Shown here in pieces: positions 55,128 through 64,000 of a stretch of 64,000 nt of DNA; positions within the stretch are counted from its first letter, which is position 1; each line of letters starts with the position of its first letter. The notes below the pieces were generated by a model. It did no database searches. It saw only the letters and a list, made by a program, of their open reading frames with translations, and was not told where the DNA came from. A program made the position numbers and the translations under genes. The DNA comes from Octopus sinensis (lineage: Eukaryota), in the NCBI RefSeq assembly GCF_006345805.1, contig NC_043022.1, forward strand, positions 14,818,001 through 14,882,000. Direction: 5' to 3'.

Positions 55128-57171
55128 CTAAAATACAGCTGAAGATTAATTCCAGAAAACGGAAGCTTGTGGTTCCAGTGAATTACACTGACAGAATAAA
55201 TGGAAATGGAATTAGCAATGAATCTTTTATTTGTTTCAGTCACTGGACTGTGGCCATGCTGGGGCACTACCTTGATGTGTTTAGTCAAAGAAATTGCCCC
55301 CAGTTCTTAGGTCTTTAGGTCTGGTACTTATTTCATCGGTCTCATTTTACCAAACTGCTAAGTTATCGCGCCGTAAACAAACCAACGCTGATTTTCAAGC
55401 AATGTGGTAGGGACAAATACAAACAGATGTGTATGTAGGCAATGACCGAGACCTTTGGCATCATATCATGCTTGAGAAGAAGACCCATCAAGCAGAGCAA
55501 AATTGCAGTCGTGGCAGATACTGGTGTCATGGCAGGTGGCACCTGTGCCAGTGGAATGTGAAAGCAACCATTGCACTCTCGGAGTGGTTGGCATTAGGAA
55601 GGGCATCTAGCTGTAGAAACTATGCCAAATCAAACTGGAGCCTGGCGCAGCCTTCCAGCATGCCAGCCCTGGTCAAACCATCCAACCCATGCCAGCCTGA
55701 ACAACGGATGTTAAATGATGATGATGATACACACACACCACACACACACACACACATACACACACACACACACACGCATGTATGACAGGCTTCTTTCAGT
55801 TTCTGTCTTCTACCACATTTACTCATAAGGTTTTGGTTAACTTGGGGGCTATAGTAGAAGACACTTGCTTAAGATGACATGCAGTGGAACTGAACCTGGA
55901 ACCATATGGCTGGGAAGCAGACCTCTTTCCACACAGCCACACATGGCACTACGAGATACCCCTTATTCTTAAGGTAATTCTATCTTGCTGTTGATAAGAA
56001 ATCTCAGAATTTCTGCAAAGATTAATGGTGAAGACTCATGCAGTTTAGTAAAAAAAAAAGTTTTGAAAACTGTCGGAAAGCATTCAAGAGTTTTTGGTGA
56101 TAACCTTGGGTCCTTTATAGCTGGAAGTTGTTTCCTAAACATGGTAACAGGTAAACAAGTGGAACGACCAGAATAACCTTAACAAATTTGGTGCTTATTT
56201 GTTCTGGAACATGACATCCAAAGAATTCTTATCCAATGCCTTTTAAACAATAACACCCTCACCTTCTCTCTCTCTCATTCTTTCTCTCTCTCTCTCTCTT
56301 TCTCCAATACACACCAACTCTCACACTTGAGAATATACACACACTCACACTCTCTTCCTCAGTTTCATACACTCTCATTCTTTCATACTCTTTCCCTTTC
56401 TCACATACACACATACATACACACACATGCATGCATGCACACATGCACGTGCACACACACAGACACACACACACACTCATACACACATTGTTTCTCATGC
56501 ATACAGAAAAACACACACACACACCTTTTCTCTCTCATACACCTATACACACTCAGACACTCTCTCTCTTACTAATACACATACACATACACTAGCTCTC
56601 ATACACACATTGTTTCTCATGCATACACACACTCACACATACATACACACACACACTCACACACAGAGGATATTCTATACCTATCTTACATCCCACCCTG
56701 GATGTCTTTACTGGAGTGATTGTTTATGCAGGTGGATGGGCCTTCCTCCACAATCCACTCAACACAGAAATAAAAGTGGAACCTATGGCCTTATCAGTTG
56801 TAGTTCAGCCCCAGGTCAGTCCTAGTCAAGTAGACCTATGATCAAACATGATACAATCACGACCATCCTGTCTTTATTTCTAACAGAGTGCGTCAAGGAC
56901 TAAATTATCCAATGTCTCCTTCCTTTATTTTTTAAGACTTTAGAGTATCATTTAAGGGAGATAGGGAAATTTGGCTACTATATCTAGCAGGCTGAGTGAC
57001 CACATAAAAGTTCTCTTGCTGGTTCGTTTTGACAGTAAGGTTAACAGACGTAAGCAGTTTTATGTCTTATCAAAGAGTACAATACCCCAACAAGTCCTGG
57101 GGTCGATTCATTTGACCAAAGTCAGTGCTCCAGCATGGCCACAGTCAAATGACTGGAACAAGTAAAAGAAT

Positions 57172-57229
<58 letters not shown>

Positions 57230-57381
57230 CTGCATGTGTATGTGTACGTATATATTCATCACTTTCAGTAGCTTACACCTGTTTCTGCTATAAGTAGCCG
57301 AGCACTCACAACTGAGTGCTTGTGTCACATCCTATGGCTTCTTCAGAGTCATTAAAATGAAGTGTGACTCTGTGTGTGTGT

Positions 57382-57434
<53 letters not shown>

Positions 57435-58004
57435 TCAGAATATAACCAACTCTATGTATTGAAATGCTTTCCAAAATAAACACACATAGTTGTCACATAG
57501 TTGGTTTGTTTACATTCATATAACTTAGTGGATCAGCAAAAAAGACTGATAGAATAAGTACTAGATTTTTGAAAAAACAACAACATAAACACTAGGGCTG
57601 ATTTGTTTGACTAAAACACTTCAAGGTGGCGCCCCAGCATGGCCACAGTCTAACGACTGAAGCAAGTGACAGATAAACAGTGCAATAGAAGGATATTTTA
57701 ATCGACATTTTCGGTGGACAGCTGTGAAAGCTTCGGGTATTTGCATTTATAAACTGACAGTAGGAAATATTGTTGGAGCTAAATGTGGAAATGTTGTGGA
57801 TTGGTGTTGAAGAAGTTAACGGATTGGGAAAGGGACGGGGGAAAAAGATACAGAAAACGAGTCGAGTCGTCATAGTTTCTGTGTAAACAATAGAAACAGA
57901 TGCTGCAGGAGGCAGCGGCGAGGGTGGATTGTGTGTTACTGACTCTTCAAGTGTGGTAACATAATCAGACCACATACAAAGGTTAACAGAAATAGAAGGA
58001 AGAA

Positions 58005-58232
58005 AAAAAGAGAAGGAGAAGAAGAAGAAGAAGAAGGAGAAGAAGAAGAGAAGAAGAAGAAGAAGAAGAAGAAGAAGAAGAAGAAGAAAGGAGAGGAGAA
58101 GAAGAAGAGAAGAAGAAGGAGGAGGAGGAGGAGGAGGAGGAGAAGAAGAAGAAGAAGAAGAAGAAGAAGAAGAAGAAGAAGAAGAAGAGAGGAGGAGAAG
58201 GAGAAGAAGAAGAAGGAAAAGAAAAGAAGAGC
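58005..58232. repeat. (GAA)n/(GGA)n purine microsatellite
   Basis: Read directly. Confidence 0.97.
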
Positions 58233-59357
58233 GAAATGGTTGAGATATAATTAAACATGTTAAAACCATTAATTAATGATGAATGTTAAATGAAAAATAA
58301 AGAACTAAAAACAGAAACGAATGTTGTAAGTCCAGAGTTGAGCGAGAAGAGTGAAAGATGAGTGTGAAAGTAAACAACTGCTGGAGATGCGTAGGTCTGG
58401 TTTAAGAATGTCTGAAATAATTTCAGACAATCCCGATTTGGGGGACAAGGCCAATAGTTTTGAGGTGTTAATTCTGGCTCTTTACATTCTGGGTTCAAAT
58501 CGTGCTGAGGTCAACTTCCTCGGTCGTCCTGCCATGCATTGCTAAAATAAAGTGCTAGTCATGTACTGGATTTGGACAGCACCTTTTGCTGAACTGCTAA
58601 GTTATGGGAATGTAAACAAACCAACAACTTTGGAATTAGCGATTCAGGTTTTTTCGATTATTCCAAGTGTTGGAACTTCAGACGTGGCTTATACCTAGAA
58701 AATATCTGAAGATATTTTTAGAGGATGCACTTATAAGTCAAACCCCCAACTTTAGGTGAAAATTTCAGGGAAAAATAAGTGTAATTTATAGCTGAGTATA
58801 TATGGTAAAACAAAGTACTAGTGAAGGACTGGGGTTGGGTAGAATCATTAGTACATCAAACAAAATACTTAACGCTATTTTTTCTAGTGCTCTATGTTCT
58901 GAGTTCAAATCCTGCTGTGGGCAACTTTGCTTTTTATCTTTTTAGGGGTCAATAAAATAAAGTATGAGTCAAGTAGTGGTATCTATATAATTGACTACTC
59001 AATTATGGGCCTTGTATTAAAATCTAAAGCAGGGAAAGGCAACGAGCCGGTAGAATCGTTAGCACATCAGGCAAAATTCATCTGTCTTTACGTTCTGGGT
59101 TCAAATTCTGCTGAAATCAACTTTGCTTTCCATCCTTTAGTGGGGTCAATTAAAATAAGTACCAGTTGAGCCCTGGGGTTGATGTAATTGGCTTAGCCCC
59201 TACTCTGAACTTGCTGGCCTTGTGCCAAAATTTGAAGCCATTATTATAAAGCAGGGAACTGGTAGAAACAATAGAACATTGGAAAAAATGCTTAGTGGAA
59301 TGTTCCAAGTTCAAATCATGCTGAGATCAACTTTGCTTTCCATCCTTTTAGGTTTGA

Positions 59358-59755
59358 CTAGCAGTATCACCCAGCGTTGCTTGGGTTTGTTTCGACCCGC
59401 TGGAATTGGAATTTTTGAAAAGTAAAAAAAGTAAAAAAAGTATGTAGCTTGTTATTCTCTTTAAGCGAACATTTTTCTGGTTGAAATACACTGAAAAATG
59501 GCGATACAGCAATAAAAAAATTGTAAAAAATAGGGATTTTCATAGAAAAAAAGCACCTTTTTGAAGTAAATAATTTTTGGTGTTATCATGGTCCGATTTG
59601 AATTTTTTCTTCTACGGAAGGAAAAGCAAGCCTTTTTCTATCATACTCTCAATTTTGGTCAACTTGTGCTGCAGGGTCTTGGAGGAGATAGTGTTAGTTG
59701 AAGGCTACCAAACCTGCCACACACACAGATAACTTCAGCTTTATATATATATAGA
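59358..59755 (-). mobile_element. non-autonomous Helitron, family H2, inserted in a family-B SINE
   Basis: 3' end CTAGCAGTATCACCCAGCGTTGCTTGGGTTTGT shared with H1, interior unrelated; removing it rejoins GGTTTGA|TTAAATAAAGTACC of the SINE (AT target, no TSD). Confidence 0.85.
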
Positions 59756-59846
59756 TTAAATAAAGTACCAGTCAAGCACTAGGGGTTGATGCCATCGATT
59801 ATCCCCTTCCACTTAGAATTCCTGGCCTTGTACCAAAATTTGAAGC

Positions 59847-59890
<44 letters not shown>

Positions 59891-60074
59891 TATTATTAAC
59901 ATTGTAGTACAAGTAATGAAAAGAGAAAAAAAAATATCAAAAGAGAATAAATAAATAAATAAATAAACAGACAACAGTAGCCAACTAAGAACAACGAGGC
60001 AGAAAATATAAATAACGATTTTGGTACATTTTATATGAGTTTAAACAATGTCATTCTCAAAGAGCAGAGATAAA

Positions 60075-60110
<36 letters not shown>

Positions 60111-60439
60111 CGGCACATATTCATAAACATTACAGAATCAATGCAGACATCGGTAGCACCACCTGTTGTTGTTTATGATCTCTTACGTACATTCCAATGG
60201 AAACAGCTATCATTAATATTGCAAAACAGCAAAAAGTAAACAAGAAAAAAAAAAACAAAGAAAGATTCAATTTTTATCGCATTTGACAATAGTTTTTTTA
60301 TATAATGCAAATCGAAAGACTGAGTACATTTCTGCGTGGGTTTCCAAACATGAAGTTGTGCCAAGAGTCAATATCTCAAACATACATGTGTATATTGTTT
60401 CACATTGTATCTTCTGATTTGGCTTTTAGTACATCTACA

Positions 60440-60488
60440 TTAAATATATATATATACACACAGAGAGGGAGAGAGGGAAAGAGAGAGG

Positions 60489-60520
<32 letters not shown>

Positions 60521-61091
60521 TATATATATACACACACACACACACACACCCATATATATATATACAAACACACACACACATATATATAACACACACACAC
60601 ACACACACACATGATATATATACACACACACACACACACATGTATATATACACACACACACACACATATATTATACATACACACACACCACACACACATA
60701 TATATACACACACACACACACACATATATATATACACACACACACACACACATATATACCACACACACACACACACACACATTATATATATATATATATA
60801 TATAATACATATACACATACATATATATATATATACACATATATATATATATACACACACATATATATATATATATACATATACACATATATATATATAT
60901 ATACACACATACATATATATATATATATACACACACATATATATATATATACACACACATATACACACACCACACACACACACACTATATATAATATTAT
61001 ATATATAATATATCCTTATACACATACCTCTATATATATGTACATCTATATCTATCTATAAATGTATATGTATGTAGGTGTGTGTGTTGTG

Positions 61092-61133
<42 letters not shown>

Positions 61134-61135
61134 CA
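60440..61135. repeat. (TA)n/(CA)n microsatellite field
   Basis: Read directly. Confidence 0.97.
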
Positions 61136-62714
61136 TAGTGTACTGGCAGCTGGAAGAATGGGGTGTTAATAAATAGCTAATAATTGTTGCTGTTTAACCC
61201 TAGGTCAGTTCTCCAGCAAAAGACCAAAAGTATACCAGCCAGACAACCATCGTTTTAGGTAGGTGTATGAAAAACTGCATTAATTATCTAATGTAGCTTG
61301 TCAGGATTAAAACATGGTGGACAGGTGGTGGTGATGGTGGGGGTGGGGGGTCAAGATGGGGAGATTTAGCTAGTTTCTAGCAGACTGGAGCAACCATGTG
61401 AAGGCTTCTTTGCTGGGAAATAATCAAGACAAATTCCACCGGTGCTTGTCTCTCTGTCGTACTTTAGCCCTCAGTACCAAGTATAAAGCCCTGCCGTCTC
61501 TCTCAAATACCCTTCAAATATGCCAAGGGGTTTTTCCCTTTTCCTTTCTTTACTCTCGGGACCTCACTAGTGCCAGTGTCACAACAAAAAAGAAAAAAAC
61601 AGCGTCCAGTACACACTGTAAAGCGGTTGGCACTAGGAAGGGCATCAAGATGTAGAATCCACGCCAAAACAGACATTGGAGCGTGATGCAGCTCTGTGGC
61701 ATTTAGAACCCTGTCCAACTGTCCCACCCATGCCAGCATGGAAAATGGACGTTAAATGATGACAACAACGATGATGATGATAACAATCATCATCATCATC
61801 ATCATCAACATTTAGCATCCGTTTTCCATGCTAGCATGGGTTGGACAGTTCAACTGGGGTCTGTGAAGCCGGAAGGCTGCATCAGGCCCAGTCAGATCTG
61901 GCAGTATTTCTACGGCTGGATGCCCTTCCTAACGCCAACCACTCTGTGAGTGTAGTGGGTGCTTTTTACGTGCCACCCGTACAGGTGCCAGACAGAGCTG
62001 GCAAACGGCCACGAACGGATGGTGCTTTTACGTGCCACCGGCACGGGGCCAGGCGAGGCTGGCAACGGACACGAACGGATGGTGCTTTTACGGATGGTAA
62101 TAACAATTCAACAGGACTTGAATATAGTGGCAAGTGGAAATCTCTCCCTACAACGGCCATTACTTAAATAGGGTAAAGGGTAAAGGGCCCTCTTTGATCA
62201 TGAAGGACCTTGAGATTGCACCTAGAAAGTTACTCTCTGAGGCACAGGTCAAGGTAAGGTTGTTTGTAGAAGACCAGCAGTTGCCCATCCATACCAGTCT
62301 TCCTTCTCTATACCACTGATGTTATCCAAGGGAAAGGCAAAGGGGCCAATACAGCTTGGCACCAGTGACATCACAACTCATTTCTACTGACAATCAATGT
62401 GAAATAGAGTATCTTGCACAAGAACACAACACACAGCCCAGGATGGAAACTGTGTGGAAGCCTGTTGTATGTATGACAACCGGTGTTGGTTTGTGTACAT
62501 CCCCATAACTTAACAGTTTGGCAAAAGATAGAATAAGTACTGGAATTAAAAAAGAAGTACTGGGGTTGAGTTGTTTGACTAAAACTGATTAAGATGGTGC
62601 CCCAGCATGGCCTCAGTCCAATGACTGAAACCAGTAAAAGATAAAAGATGGGAATAAAAGAGGATTGATCCTGTCTATACAAATAGTAACACAATGATCC
62701 AGTATTGTGATATA

Positions 62715-63263
62715 CAGTAAATAGCTCTCTTTATGAAGACCTGTTTTACAAACCCTGGGTTTACGAGTTTTATTTTTCAAGCACAAGATCCAAATTTTGA
62801 ATAAAGTGCAAAAATAGCCAATAATTCTGCATATTACTGAGAAATTTATAGAGAGTGAAGAAAACGCTTCTTCTCAACAAACAACTCTAGACTTGTTTTT
62901 TAAAAAGACATCTACGAGTCCGTCTATGAGTGCTTGTGAATCGATGATCGTGTCTACAAGTGATGGTGTGTGCAAGTCTAGTGTAAGCGAAAGTGATTCA
63001 GAAAACGATTATAATAATAATATTTTTTTAATTATAAATGATCTTTGACATTCTTTTTACTTTACATAAAACATTCTTTACATTCTGCTGTTTTATTGTC
63101 ATTTATTTACAAGTATTATAAATGTTATATGTAAAATACTTTCCTGGGAAGGAATTACGATTTATAACAATTGCTACTATGGGAAATTATCGCTCTACTT
63201 TATGAGTTTTCATTTTAGAAGCAGTCTCCGGGAACAAATTAACTTGTATATCGAGGAATTTTG
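62715..63263 (+). mobile_element. Tigger/pogo element, internally deleted and decayed
   Basis: QAQDPNFE*SAKIAN...Y*EIYRE, then frameshifted QQTTLDLFFKK (62878-62907), the pogo/Tigger C-terminal signature; degenerate TA-flanked TIR-like ends. Confidence 0.65.
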
Positions 63264-63593
63264 TATCACAGTTTAAAAACTTAAACAGCCTTCTTCTTGT
63301 TTTATAGATCTCTAGATCCTGAGACGAAGTTACAGGATACAGAGAAACACTGATGGGTTTTACGCCAGTGTGTCTGTACTCAACAACTAAACATGAAGGT
63401 TTTTTTCTCTCTCCACTTTGAAGAGAGGTTACAGGACACTGACCATCAGGGTCTGATGAGATGTTGTAAAGCTAAGCGTTTTAGGGGCACAAAACCCTGG
63501 GCAACCCCATAAACTGGCCATAACTATCTTTATCTAAATATTCTACTGTTCTATAACAGTGTTTTTCTCTTTCAGAGTTATGATTCACTGATG

Positions 63594-63691
<98 letters not shown>

Positions 63692-64000
63692 GTAAAAAAC
63701 ATAAATCTGAAAGAAGAAGCACACTCTAAGATATAGAGTCGTCATCATCATCATCGTTTAATGTCTGCTTTCCATGCTGGCATGGGTTGGACGGTTTGAC
63801 TGAGGACTGGCAAACCAGGAGGTTGCACCAGGCTCCAATTTGATCTGGCAAGATTTTTACAGCTGGATGCCCTTCCTAACACCAACCACTCTGTAGTGGA
63901 GAGTGTAGTGGATGCTTTTTTTACATGTCAATGCCAGTGGCATGTAAAAAGCACCCACTACACTCTTGGAGTGGTTGGCGTTAGGAAGGGCATCCAGCCG

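Noticed and set aside
63453-63490. CTGATGA hammerhead candidate
   Set aside because: No GAAA and no stems.
63308-63600. Possible coding sequence near 63.3-63.6 kb
   Set aside because: A good acceptor is followed by stops in all frames, and no recognisable motif appears on either strand.

Overview
A 64-kb, AT-rich, repeat-saturated eukaryotic window. The SINE families and microsatellite load point to an octopus (Octopus sp.); this is inferred from recalled repeat consensus, not a search. No complete protein-coding gene is visible, and nearly all entries in the ORF track are translations of microsatellites, satellites or SINEs. Main contents: (1) a ~9.9-kb satellite of 27-bp monomers organised as an 81-bp trimer with larger duplicated blocks (4541-14434); (2) dozens of tRNA-derived SINE copies from at least four families; (3) five non-autonomous Helitrons, hAT and piggyBac-type MITEs, and decayed mariner and Tigger transposase pieces; (4) fragments of RTE/RTEX LINEs, a Gypsy integrase tail with its 3' LTR, and a Penelope-like RT. 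The strongest unannotated signal is a set of hammerhead-ribozyme motifs from several unrelated sequence families. One of them (15460-15532) has a fully canonical core with all three stems, and several sit in fold-back structures or next to (TA)n tracts. Weaker signals are splice-site evidence for a minus-strand gene with non-coding 5' exons and a signal-peptide-like exon, a possible bidirectional promoter near 34.9 kb, a candidate recursive splice site, and a 1.6-kb tandem duplication that looks like an assembly artefact.
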